From: Minisyncoccia bacterium
Lineage (GTDB): Bacteria > Patescibacteriota > Minisyncoccia > Phycocordibacterales > UBA2100
Reading direction: 5' to 3'
Assembly: GCA_049297775.1 (NCBI GenBank)
Contig: JBAQUX010000025.1
Coordinates: 122,835-186,834 of the forward strand
Length of the DNA stretch: 64,000 nucleotides
Of the stretch, positions 33,401 to 42,515 are shown piece after piece. Under the pieces are notes generated by a model. It saw only the letters and a list, made by a program, of their open reading frames with translations, was not told the origin of the DNA and ran no database searches. Numbering within the stretch: position 1 is the first letter of the stretch; each line of letters opens with the position of its first letter. The position numbers and the translations under genes were made by a program.

Positions 33401-33650
33401 ATAAAAATATATTACTTTATAATTGGCTTAAGTATAGCCTATAGATATAAAGACGTGAACGGTGGTAATTTCTTACCGTGCATTTCGTATCTTAGCGTGT
33501 CTGAACCGTTGTCGAAGTATAGGTATCTTCGATGGATCGAACCTCCTTACCAAAAACATATCCAAGATAAAAAATCCCCACAAAAAGTACAATTGCTACG
33601 ATTTGTGATGTTGTGGTTACCTTGTTCCAAATGATAGTCATATTATTTTA

Positions 33651-34286
33651 TTATTTGTATAAATCTGCGAGCACGGGGTAAATTCTATCAGCAAATCGCG
33701 CATAACCTGCGTCGTTTGGATGAATGCGATCATCAGACATTAAATCACTCCTCGCCACAATACCCTTCATGATATTTGGAACGAACGCTGTGCCAAATTC
33801 TTCATGCACTGATTCAAACGCTTCGTAGTATGGGTCAGATAAAACACCACCACGTATTCCCACAAGCACAACGACAGCACCACTTTCTTGAATTTTCTTA
33901 ACAATGGTACGTATATTCTTAAATGTTTCTTCCATTTTTACACTCTGTAAAAAATCGTTGCCCCCGATAAGCAAGATTACTGTGTCTGGTCGTACAGAGA
34001 GTACGTCATTTTCTAGCCGTGCAAGCGCCTGTGCTGAAGTGTTCCCACTCACTCCTCGATTAAGTATTGGCATTTCAAGTCGAGCACTAACCTGTGATAC
34101 ATAATCTTGTCCTAATGGTGCACCTACACCGACTGTGAGACTATCGCCAAACGCTACTATCACATCACCGCGCGGAGGAGCATTGGTAATGGCGACGGCA
34201 GAAAAAAATATCCAATATACGAACCAAAAGAACATAAGCGTTCCGAGAGTTACCGTTAGTGGTATATAAAACTTTTGTATTTGCAT
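33651..34286 (-). CDS. SGNH/GDSL hydrolase, membrane-anchored
   Basis: GDSLTVG (block I), GGNDF (block III), DRIHPNDAGY (block V), with an N-terminal TM. Confidence 0.82.
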   Translation of the reverse strand: MQIQKFYIPLTVTLGTLMFFWFVYWIFFSAVAITNAPPRGDVIVAFGDSLTVGVGAPLGQDYVSQVSARLEMPILNRGVSGNTSAQALARLENDVLSVRPDTVILLIGGNDFLQSVKMEETFKNIRTIVKKIQESGAVVVLVGIRGGVLSDPYYEAFESVHEEFGTAFVPNIMKGIVARSDLMSDDRIHPNDAGYARFADRIYPVLADLYK

Positions 34287-34295
34287 AATAACTAC

Positions 34296-34865
34296 CTACC
34301 ACTGAATATCTTTATTTACCTCCCGTCCAAGCATGGCAATAAAATCTTTTGTCTGTTCTGGCGTAAACACTTCGAGCCCAAGTCGTTCCGCGTGCACACG
34401 TAGCTCCGCTTCTGCAACTGAGATATCTTCTGCGCTCGCAACCTCTTTCTCAGCTTCAAAGTAAAAAATATCCGGAGGCGCTTGTACCAATGACCAATGC
34501 ACACCATCAACCGCGTAAACAGTCTTTTTTCTATGCATCCATTGTCCTGTAGTGCAGCCGAAGGCACGCGCGAGCTCCTTCGCTTCTTCAAGTGTCACTT
34601 GAGTGAGCGGGTACGACTTCTCTATACGCGCAGTATTATCAGCAGAGGCTTTTGTCTTCACCATTACTTCACACATACCATTTGTTGAGCGCAGGCGCAC
34701 ATCATTAACGCGAAGCACCGGGTTTGAAGAATATCCAGGAACATCCTTTAGGAGAATCATTTCTCTATCTTGTGTCTCTAAAACAGTTCCGCTCGTCGCA
34801 AATTTAGCATGGAGTTCTTGCGAACGGGCCTCGGTGATGCGACCGCGAATTTCAACTTCTATCAT
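34296..34865 (-). CDS. CYTH-domain protein (CyaB/triphosphate tunnel metalloenzyme family)
   Basis: Begins MIEVEIRGRI (the EIEvK-type start) and has a later ...FYFEAE acidic motif. Confidence 0.6.
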   Translation of the reverse strand: MIEVEIRGRITEARSQELHAKFATSGTVLETQDREMILLKDVPGYSSNPVLRVNDVRLRSTNGMCEVMVKTKASADNTARIEKSYPLTQVTLEEAKELARAFGCTTGQWMHRKKTVYAVDGVHWSLVQAPPDIFYFEAEKEVASAEDISVAEAELRVHAERLGLEVFTPEQTKDFIAMLGREVNKDIQW

Positions 34866-34914
34866 AGTACGAGTATAGCAAAAAAAATATATAACAGAAT
34901 GTTAGTATACGGAC

Positions 34915-35325
34915 ATGCGAACACTTGCTATGGACATCGGAGGCAATCGTGAGTTTACACAAGACTTTTTGCAATATGACAAAATCATTACGGATCGCGG
35001 ATCAGTGTACTCAGTAACGATAGGACGAGTCACCAATAGTAAGGAAATACGAAGTTTTCTAAAGCGAATCAAAAGTAACAGTGACTATGCATCGGCGAGT
35101 CATAATTCATACGCAGTCCGCATTGAACATAACGGCGCACTCTACGAAACGCACGCAGACGACGGTGAAACTGGTGCTGGTAAGATACTGCTCCGTGAAT
35201 TGCAGAAGCACTCGGTTAAGAATGTATGCGTTTGTGTGACACGCTGGTTTGGTGGCGAAAAACTAATGAGCGATAGATTTAAACACATCCAGGATGCTGC
35301 TCGTTATGCTCTTAAAAATAGTTAG
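34915..35325 (+). CDS. yigZ: IMPACT/YigZ family protein (UPF0029 N-domain)
   Basis: HNSYAVRI...ETHADDGETGAGKILL...VCVCVTRWFGGEKLMSDRF matches the YigZ core. Confidence 0.8.
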   Translation: MRTLAMDIGGNREFTQDFLQYDKIITDRGSVYSVTIGRVTNSKEIRSFLKRIKSNSDYASASHNSYAVRIEHNGALYETHADDGETGAGKILLRELQKHSVKNVCVCVTRWFGGEKLMSDRFKHIQDAARYALKNS

Positions 35326-35327
35326 TA

Positions 35328-36791
35328 CTATTTATCCAAATCAAAAACAGTGTCAATGCGAATTTGCTTTACAAACTCTGGTACGTGAGAAACGAGAATC
35401 ATAGCGCCCTGATAAGCGTCCAGTGCCTTCGCAATCTCAGGTATGTGACGAAAATTTATATGGTTCGTTGGCTCATCAAGAATAAGAAGTCCCGGTTGTT
35501 CGAGAACAAGACGCGCAAAGGCTACGAGCCCTTTTTGTCCTTCAGATAAATTTCCTATTTTTGTGTGCATTATTTCTGAAGTAAGTAAAAATCCTGCAGC
35601 GACACTTCGCATGCGCTCTTCGCTGATTTTTTGTGACACACCGTTTAGCGACGAAAGTACTGTTTCGTCGAAGTTAAGCGTTGAAAAGTCTTGACGATAG
35701 TACCCTACGCGCACACCGTTCGTGATAGTACTTCCGGTAGATTTTTCACTTGCAATTGCTTCAAGTAGCGTACTCTTACCGATGCCGTTTGGACCCTTCA
35801 GAAGGAGATGATTATTCCTACGGAGAACAATGCCCACCTTTTTTTCTTCAGGTTTGTGCTTTTTACCAATAATACTGCAGGTCTTTATAGATATGAGGTC
35901 ACCCGAAAGCCCCTCTTGAACTGGAATCGTGAATGGACGAATTGTTTTATCTTCTTTACGTACATCAACCTTCTCCTCTTCCATCTCTTCAGCTTTTATA
36001 CGCATGCGCTTTGCAACCATACGCATCTGGCCACCCTTATTAGCAAAAAAGTTTGCCTTATCTTTATTTTCTTGAATTTCTTTTTCAAGCTGTGCATTTT
36101 TTCTATTTTCTTTTTCTATACGCGCAGCAATATCTTTCTGAACATCTGTGTAGTTTCCAGAGTATTGTTCAATTTTTCTGGTGCGAACATCAAGATAGAG
36201 CACTGTGTCAGTAAATGCATTTAAGAAATGTGCATCGTGCGAAATAACCATCACGGTTTTTGAATATGCTACGAGGAATTTTGTAAGGTGATCAATTCCC
36301 GCATGATCAAGATTATTCGTCGGCTCATCAAGGAGAAGTAGATCAGGATCTTGAATAAGCGCTGAAGCCAAAAGTAAACGCGCCTGTTGTCCACCGGAAA
36401 AACTGCGGACAATGCGGTCGTGCATTTTCGCGTGACCTTTTAAGTTTACAACTTCAAGCACGTCATCAATTTTCGGATCAATGTCGTATACAGGTTTAGA
36501 AAAGCACTTAAGGAAAAAGTCACGCACAGTCAAGTCTAAATCTCCGCGCGGTATTACTTGGCGTGAAAGTGCAATAGTAAGTCCATGAACCTGAGCGATT
36601 TTCCCAGATTCTGGCTCTAAATGTTTTGTGATGAGCTGAAAGAGCGTACTTTTACCAGCCCCATTTTGACCCATGACTGTAATTTTTGCACCGCGCCGAA
36701 TCGGAAAATCAACCGCATCTAAAATTGGCCGGTGTGGACCGTGCTCAAATGATACTTTTTCAAAGGTAAGTATATGTTCTTGTTTTGCCAT
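35328..36791 (-). CDS. ABC-F family ATPase (two ABC domains, no TM domain)
   Basis: Two Walker A sites (GQNGAGKST, GPNGIGKST), two LSGGQ-like signatures, and a charged inter-domain linker. Confidence 0.85.
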   Translation of the reverse strand: MAKQEHILTFEKVSFEHGPHRPILDAVDFPIRRGAKITVMGQNGAGKSTLFQLITKHLEPESGKIAQVHGLTIALSRQVIPRGDLDLTVRDFFLKCFSKPVYDIDPKIDDVLEVVNLKGHAKMHDRIVRSFSGGQQARLLLASALIQDPDLLLLDEPTNNLDHAGIDHLTKFLVAYSKTVMVISHDAHFLNAFTDTVLYLDVRTRKIEQYSGNYTDVQKDIAARIEKENRKNAQLEKEIQENKDKANFFANKGGQMRMVAKRMRIKAEEMEEEKVDVRKEDKTIRPFTIPVQEGLSGDLISIKTCSIIGKKHKPEEKKVGIVLRRNNHLLLKGPNGIGKSTLLEAIASEKSTGSTITNGVRVGYYRQDFSTLNFDETVLSSLNGVSQKISEERMRSVAAGFLLTSEIMHTKIGNLSEGQKGLVAFARLVLEQPGLLILDEPTNHINFRHIPEIAKALDAYQGAMILVSHVPEFVKQIRIDTVFDLDK

Positions 36792-36859
36792 TGCGCCCGC
36801 ACTGTAGCATTCATAGTGCACATATCCAAAAGCGTGTATGACATATACAAAGGTGCAAT

Positions 36860-36889
36860 AAAAAAGCCCCGTCGAAACGGGGCTTTTTT
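36860..36889. terminator. Rho-independent terminator downstream of cspA (bidirectional)
   Basis: aaaaaaGCCCCGtcgaaaCGGGGCtttttt. Confidence 0.8.
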
Positions 36890-36899
36890 ATGTAAGAGC

Positions 36900-37097
36900 T
36901 TACGCTCTTTGAACGTTGACTGCTGAGAGACCCTTTGGACCTTCCTCAACTTCGAAAGTAACTGTTTCGCCAACCTTAAGGTCGTCGAAAGCTACTCCGT
37001 TCAATTCCTTAGAGTGGAAGAAGAGATCCTTCGACTCGCCTTCGCGAGAGATGAATCCGAATCCTCTGTCTGTAAGAGTTTTGATTATACCTTTCAT
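36900..37097 (-). CDS. cspA: Cold-shock protein
   Basis: MKGIIKTLTDRGFGFISREGESKDLFFH RNP1/RNP2 motifs; 65 aa. Confidence 0.92.
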   Translation of the reverse strand: MKGIIKTLTDRGFGFISREGESKDLFFHSKELNGVAFDDLKVGETVTFEVEEGPKGLSAVNVQRA

Positions 37098-37297
37098 AGT
37101 ATTGTTGTTATGTGTAATGATGAACCTGTTTTTGACCCTGCGTTTTTCCTCAAACTTTTTTACTGGTTAGTGGAGAAGCTCTAAAACTTAAGTACAGTAG
37201 CACATAAAAGCAAAAAAGCACAATACGCAACTGCACAAGACGTACATATAGTTTATTATTGGCTTCATTGAGCCTCCAGAAGAACTATCGGTGCACA

Positions 37298-37597
37298 TCA
37301 GCCATCAATCTGAAACGCAAGCGTAATCTTATCCCCTTCAACGATTCCCTCTTTTTTTCTAACGAGCGCTTTAAGTGCAATAAGATAGACTTGTTCTTTC
37401 GAAGACCAAATAAGTACCGTCTTCCATGTTGTCGAGCCGACAGTTGCAACGATTGGCACAAAACCAAACCCTTTCGTCGGCGGTGACTCTTTGCGGACCA
37501 ACTGAGATATTTCTTTTGGTACATAGACAAAATGCCAACCACCAAGTCCTGGGTATATCCATACAACTGCTTTTTTTACGACGTGCACCACACTCAT
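37298..37597 (-). CDS. DUF1905 domain protein
   Basis: GWHFVYVPKEI...TTWKTVLIWSSKEQVYLIALKALVRKKEGIVEGDKI pattern. Confidence 0.55.
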   Translation of the reverse strand: MSVVHVVKKAVVWIYPGLGGWHFVYVPKEISQLVRKESPPTKGFGFVPIVATVGSTTWKTVLIWSSKEQVYLIALKALVRKKEGIVEGDKITLAFQIDG

Positions 37598-37676
37598 TCA
37601 TGCAGGATACCACGCATGATGACACATTAAAAAAGTCGCTTTCGTGACTTTTTTAATATTATTTTTTACTGACGTA

Positions 37677-38396
37677 CTATCGTGTCGTGTTGCGGAGCAC
37701 CAATGCAGTTACCGCTGAGCTTCCAGCTGGGATGTAGCCGAATACGCGCACCACATCGTTTGCTTGGAACGCAGTAAGAGATGTTCCCGCCCAATCTTTA
37801 TTGAGTATTGCTGTGGCAGCACTAATTGAGATTGTTTGGTTTGCGCCGTTTATAACAACAGTAGCTGTAGTTGGGACTGTTGCACCAGGTACTACTGACA
37901 GATACCCTTCAAATATTTGTCGGTCGGTTGAAACTACTGGTGGCGTTACGACTGTTACTTTTGTCATGTCACGTAATGACGTAGCCTTAAGTGCAAGTGA
38001 TGAGCCAGTTACGAATGTGCCTCTAACATTTATTACGTCTCCCACAACGATATCACTTGCCACAATCACTTTACTTCCTCTGTTTAAAAATTGTGTTGCG
38101 CTGTCTGTAGTAATATTCCACGTAAGTACAGCGGTACCAAGTGTAGTTGTTGCAGTATATGTAGACCCTGAAACGCCAGTAACTACCGCAGATTGAACTA
38201 CTGAGGTACCGTTTGAGTTTATTGATACTTCAGGCTTTGGAGTATTCTCCTTTTGGACTTTTACCATTTTTATTTCACGCATCATGCTTCCGATGCCTTT
38301 ATTATGGTCGTTATCCGCGAATGCCGTGCCTGAAGAGGCAACGATTGCGACTAATGCGAGTGCAAGCGAAAACGCTTTTGTATATGTATGCTTCAT
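37677..38396 (-). CDS. Secreted Thr/Ser/Val-rich hypothetical protein
   Basis: Signal peptide MKHTYTKAFSLALALVAIVASSGTAFA; low-complexity beta-rich repeats. Confidence 0.55.
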   Translation of the reverse strand: MKHTYTKAFSLALALVAIVASSGTAFADNDHNKGIGSMMREIKMVKVQKENTPKPEVSINSNGTSVVQSAVVTGVSGSTYTATTTLGTAVLTWNITTDSATQFLNRGSKVIVASDIVVGDVINVRGTFVTGSSLALKATSLRDMTKVTVVTPPVVSTDRQIFEGYLSVVPGATVPTTATVVINGANQTISISAATAILNKDWAGTSLTAFQANDVVRVFGYIPAGSSAVTALVLRNTTR

Positions 38397-38498
38397 GTAA
38401 TATGTTTATTATGTGTATGTAATACGAGTTACCTCGTTACACATGAAGACGCCAAAGATGAAAGCATCTTACACAGAAAAAAAATTAGGACACAAAAC

Positions 38499-39074
38499 TT
38501 ATTGCACAGGAAGTACTCGCAAAATTTCTTGAAAATTTCCTCTGAAGCCATCTACTTCGGCAGACCCCTCATCTACGTCTCCGACACGCACCACCACATC
38601 TTCACCATCCTTAAATATTCCAATCTCGTTTCCACCACCGGCATACCAACACACCACAGAAGCTATTTGATTTGGCAATTTTTTATTTGAAGCATGCTCT
38701 GGAGTATTGAGCGCAAGTTCATTTTCAAAGCAACTACCCGAATACACCCCAAGTGATGCTTCTGTCCCCCGTATTGTGGCGAAGACTTCCGTGTGAGGAA
38801 TTACCTCATCTGTCACACCAGCATCAACAAAACGCCATACAGGCGCATCACCAGAAACAGGAGCTGTAGGACACTCTGCAAAGGCACAGGTAGGACCAGA
38901 ACGCCCAACCGAGCTGCCGTCAGGGCACATCTTTGCTTCCATGGTACAGGCAACGTCTGGTGCTGCAATCCCGCCTAAAGCGGTAGAAATTGTATTGTTA
39001 TATTGTATATACAAAAGTACTAACGCGATGCCTGCGATAAACGTAATAATAGGTGTGATTATGTGAGAATTCAT
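38499..39074 (-). CDS. Membrane-anchored, Cys-containing hypothetical exported protein
   Basis: N-terminal TM helix; 191 aa. Confidence 0.5.
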   Translation of the reverse strand: MNSHIITPIITFIAGIALVLLYIQYNNTISTALGGIAAPDVACTMEAKMCPDGSSVGRSGPTCAFAECPTAPVSGDAPVWRFVDAGVTDEVIPHTEVFATIRGTEASLGVYSGSCFENELALNTPEHASNKKLPNQIASVVCWYAGGGNEIGIFKDGEDVVVRVGDVDEGSAEVDGFRGNFQEILRVLPVQ

Positions 39075-39107
39075 ATCAGCATACTATCACGGAGGATACC
39101 GTAGTCG

Positions 39108-39770
39108 CTACTGATTTTTTTTATACTCAACGTCAATATGAATTTCGTTGCGCAGTATAAATGGAGCCGATGCGGGAGGGTTATACAATGCTGTTAATGG
39201 TAGTGAAAGTTGCGCTACTCCATCTCTAACGAGAGATTCCTGTAGTTCATGTTTCTTTTTTAGAATGCGTGTTTTTGTTGGATACCATGTGAATCGCTTC
39301 ACTGCCACAACTTTGCGTGGTAATACCTTGAGGTGCACCTGTGGGTTATTTGGTTTCGGTATAGTTTCGAGCGTGTATTGTGCAGGCATAACAAATGATA
39401 TATGACGTTGACCACTTTCCTCCACATCCTGTACGGGTACAGTCATGGAAATTTTTGTAGGAGTTGTCTCAAGTGAATCTTGCACAGGGGCCGTCATCGC
39501 AATTGAAGAGGCTGTTGTATTATTTCCAAAAATATAGTCAGCGATTTCTCTAAATCCAGTATTTAAACCTTCGTTATAATCTCCAGTAACAGCAACCTCC
39601 GCGACAATCACTGAATCATATGCGCGTATCTGGTAATCCGTTCTTTGTTCAAGAATAGTGTACGCAGGCTCTTCAAGATTTCTTACGACAAGTAGACTGC
39701 CTATGGTCCATAGTAAGAGTACCAGAGTTACGATAAGAAGGAATACAATCATAGGTTTTTTTAATTTCAT
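39108..39770 (-). CDS. SOUL haem-binding-domain protein, membrane-anchored
   Basis: EEPAYTILE...YQIRAY...MTAPVQ...FVMPAQY family motifs. Start taken at MKLKKPMIVFLLIV. Confidence 0.7.
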   Translation of the reverse strand: MKLKKPMIVFLLIVTLVLLLWTIGSLLVVRNLEEPAYTILEQRTDYQIRAYDSVIVAEVAVTGDYNEGLNTGFREIADYIFGNNTTASSIAMTAPVQDSLETTPTKISMTVPVQDVEESGQRHISFVMPAQYTLETIPKPNNPQVHLKVLPRKVVAVKRFTWYPTKTRILKKKHELQESLVRDGVAQLSLPLTALYNPPASAPFILRNEIHIDVEYKKNQ

Positions 39771-39827
39771 GTTGACGCAACTTTTTACTAAATTACATAG
39801 TAGCATATACTATACGTATAAAATTAT

Positions 39828-40658
39828 ATGAACGATGTAAGACCAAAAATCGGACTTGCCCTCGGCGGTGGAGTGGTGCTCGGTGCGGCGCACATAGGTG
39901 TACTCAGAGCCTTTGCTGAACACAATATTCAGATAGATGCCATTGCAGGCACTAGCGCAGGCGCAGTGGTAGGTGCATGCCTTGCATCAGGTGTGCCACT
40001 TTCCGAAATTGAAAGAATTGCGCAAAACTTAGGCTGGCTCCAAATCGCATCAATGCCAAATTCCATATTAGGAATCGCTACAAATACTAAACTTGGCACA
40101 TTGCTTGAAAACATTCTTCCTGTAAAAAATATTGAGTCTACTTCGATACCGCTTCGCATCCTTGCAACCGAAGTTGCCCGTGGCAGAAAAAAAATATTTT
40201 CCTCAGGCTCTATATCTGAAGCGGTGCGCGCAAGTGCCTGTGTGCCCATTTTCTTTTCACCAGTTGAAATTGATGGCGAACTCTACGTAGATGGTGGGTT
40301 GGTGGAGAATGTTCCCCTGTCTGCATTTGCCGACATGGATCTTGATATATTAATTGGCGTAAATCTCACCGGATACGAGAAAACTTTTGCACCAAAAGCA
40401 CTCCCCGATATGATAGATCTCTGTATATTTCTATTCTCTCAACATCGTGATGTTCCCATGCGTCAACTTGCCCATGTTTTAATCGAACCAGATTTGCAAG
40501 CTTTTGACGTTAAGGATTTCAAGAACCTGCCATTAATTATCCAGGCTGGTTACGACGCTGGTATTCGTGCAATTCCAGAAATCACTCGACTGTATGCTGA
40601 GAAAAATATTAAAGAATCCTTTATAACAAAGTTTTATAAAAAGTACTTCGCACGCTAA
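39828..40658 (+). CDS. Patatin-like phospholipase (RssA-like)
   Basis: GGGVVLGAAHIG oxyanion loop, GTSAG nucleophile elbow, DGG catalytic Asp. Confidence 0.85.
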   Translation: MNDVRPKIGLALGGGVVLGAAHIGVLRAFAEHNIQIDAIAGTSAGAVVGACLASGVPLSEIERIAQNLGWLQIASMPNSILGIATNTKLGTLLENILPVKNIESTSIPLRILATEVARGRKKIFSSGSISEAVRASACVPIFFSPVEIDGELYVDGGLVENVPLSAFADMDLDILIGVNLTGYEKTFAPKALPDMIDLCIFLFSQHRDVPMRQLAHVLIEPDLQAFDVKDFKNLPLIIQAGYDAGIRAIPEITRLYAEKNIKESFITKFYKKYFAR

Positions 40659-40666
40659 AATTTAGT

Positions 40667-41707
40667 ATGAAAGAAACAACCGATGGAAAAGCCGAGAGAC
40701 TTCCGACACGAATCGAGATGGAGATTGCGGCACAAGAAATTGAAAGTTTGCTGAGTATTCCAAAAAATGAACGCGGGACTTCGTGGGACAGTGCATTTGA
40801 TACTGCGCATCGCATTGCATCAGGCCTATCTGCCCCTAAATCACAGAGCGATGCAACGGTGCGGCAGCAAATTCGCTCAATAACAAAATGGCTACAGACC
40901 ATGCATCAGCTCTCAAAGGAAGGTGGCGCGCTGAAAGTATCTACTGACACATCTCTCCAGGGTGTTGAAATTTGGACACATGTTGATACACGTCTTGAAG
41001 GTATGTTCATAAAAAACGAACCGTGGTCATTTTATGGACTTTCTACTCCTGAGGCAGTGCGCGCGCACGTACACGAACAGAATGCTCGTTTCCCGCATAG
41101 CAAAAGTATTGGTGCTGACGTTATGGGTCAAGGCTATCCCTGTGCTGATGCCGGCTGTGCAGAGACTATCGCAATAACTGCTCTCAACCGGCAAAAGCGA
41201 CACACAGTTCCAGAACATCCAATTCATACTGTTGTGGGAAACTTGTATGTAAACACTGTGCGCGCGCAATTCTTACAAGAACTCGATACGCGCATACAAA
41301 AAGACGGGAGACTTGACCTCGTATTTTTTAGACCACTAAGCGGACTTCCAAAGATTAATGACCCCTACGCTCTTGCATATTTATTTGATCATCTTTTCGT
41401 TCCGCTCTACACCAAACTTGCACCCGGCGGAATCATGTTTGTTGAAATGCACGAAATTTATAGCGCGGGAACAATCTTTTTTGAATTGCTCAAAGATGCA
41501 GGTCTCACCATTGAACGACGGTCTGAAAAGAATGGTGATATGGTGAGAGATTGTAATACCTTTTGTATTCGAAAAGTCGAAGGAGCGCCAGAAAGTATCC
41601 CTTCATTACTGAAGCTTGCCCAATCTCACCCAGCATATATTAAAAAATTCTGGAATATGATACATATGGCAGATGACATAGGTATACATCCGCACGGACC
41701 TTTTTAA
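40667..41707 (+). CDS. Hypothetical protein (346 aa), 9 nt downstream of the patatin gene
   Basis: No recognisable motif. Codon usage and length support it as a real gene; the short gap suggests an operon with the patatin gene. Confidence 0.55.
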   Translation: MKETTDGKAERLPTRIEMEIAAQEIESLLSIPKNERGTSWDSAFDTAHRIASGLSAPKSQSDATVRQQIRSITKWLQTMHQLSKEGGALKVSTDTSLQGVEIWTHVDTRLEGMFIKNEPWSFYGLSTPEAVRAHVHEQNARFPHSKSIGADVMGQGYPCADAGCAETIAITALNRQKRHTVPEHPIHTVVGNLYVNTVRAQFLQELDTRIQKDGRLDLVFFRPLSGLPKINDPYALAYLFDHLFVPLYTKLAPGGIMFVEMHEIYSAGTIFFELLKDAGLTIERRSEKNGDMVRDCNTFCIRKVEGAPESIPSLLKLAQSHPAYIKKFWNMIHMADDIGIHPHGPF

Positions 41708-41716
41708 TACTCTTTG

Positions 41717-42202
41717 CTACGCAATTCGCTCAAGTTGTAGCGCCGTATCTTCTGTATGCACATCAGTAATTTTTGGTGCATCGTGTGGTAATCGATATCG
41801 TAATTCGTATTTTTTCATATTGAAATTCGTGTAGGAAACTATAAGCGTCTTTCCAGTCCATGCCTTTTGGCGAAGATTCTTAAAAACCAATGTGCACGAC
41901 TCACCTGGCCCGACATATCCACCACCCTCCTTTCTATCTGGTCCGAATCCAAAAATACGCACATGAATGTCACGCGCCCAGCGGTCGCCCTCTTTAGATA
42001 TATTAGCTATTTTGCAAATTAAAAACTGACCTTCAGGTTTGTAAAAAACTTCAAGCGTAATGACTGGCTTAAACGATATCTCTTCAGCATGCATGACAGC
42101 CTTCCATGAGAAAAAGGCGGTAAGGCATGCACCACCAGCTGCGATCACTTGCAACCATTCTGCCGGCTGAATTTGCGAAAGACCCTCAAGTAGTGATTCC
42201 AT
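41717..42202 (-). CDS. Hypothetical protein with an N-terminal TM
   Basis: 161-aa ORF. Confidence 0.45.
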   Translation of the reverse strand: MESLLEGLSQIQPAEWLQVIAAGGACLTAFFSWKAVMHAEEISFKPVITLEVFYKPEGQFLICKIANISKEGDRWARDIHVRIFGFGPDRKEGGGYVGPGESCTLVFKNLRQKAWTGKTLIVSYTNFNMKKYELRYRLPHDAPKITDVHTEDTALQLERIA

Positions 42203-42213
42203 GCAAATGTACG

Positions 42214-42471
42214 TTACGCTTTCTTACCCTTCCATCGTGGTGCAAACCGAATACACCATGTATAAAATGATGCGAGTATGACATTCATGCCGTGAGCTCG
42301 CATGCTTTCATAACATATTTTTTGAAACTCCTTCACGTCTTCGCCTTCGTAGCATAATTTTCCATCTGTAAAGCAATAGCTACAGTAAGTATCCGACTCT
42401 CGCACTCCTGTGTCTTTACTGAGAGGCATGAGACAACTTTCACAATTGGTGACGCATTTTTTTGTATCCAT
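42214..42471 (-). CDS. Putative zinc-ribbon domain protein (Zn_ribbon_2-like)
   Basis: MDTKKCVTNCESCLMPLSKD...YCSYCFTDGKL.... Start taken at MDTKKC. Confidence 0.55.
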   Translation of the reverse strand: MDTKKCVTNCESCLMPLSKDTGVRESDTYCSYCFTDGKLCYEGEDVKEFQKICYESMRAHGMNVILASFYTWCIRFAPRWKGKKA

Positions 42472-42515
42472 GCTCGATAGTGTACAAGCAATCTTACTTA
42501 TTTTCCAGACTTTTA

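Noticed and set aside
35808-36224. 138-aa plus-strand ORF
   Set aside because: Antisense to the ABC-F gene and phenylalanine/leucine-rich because it reads the reverse of the Lys/Glu-rich linker.
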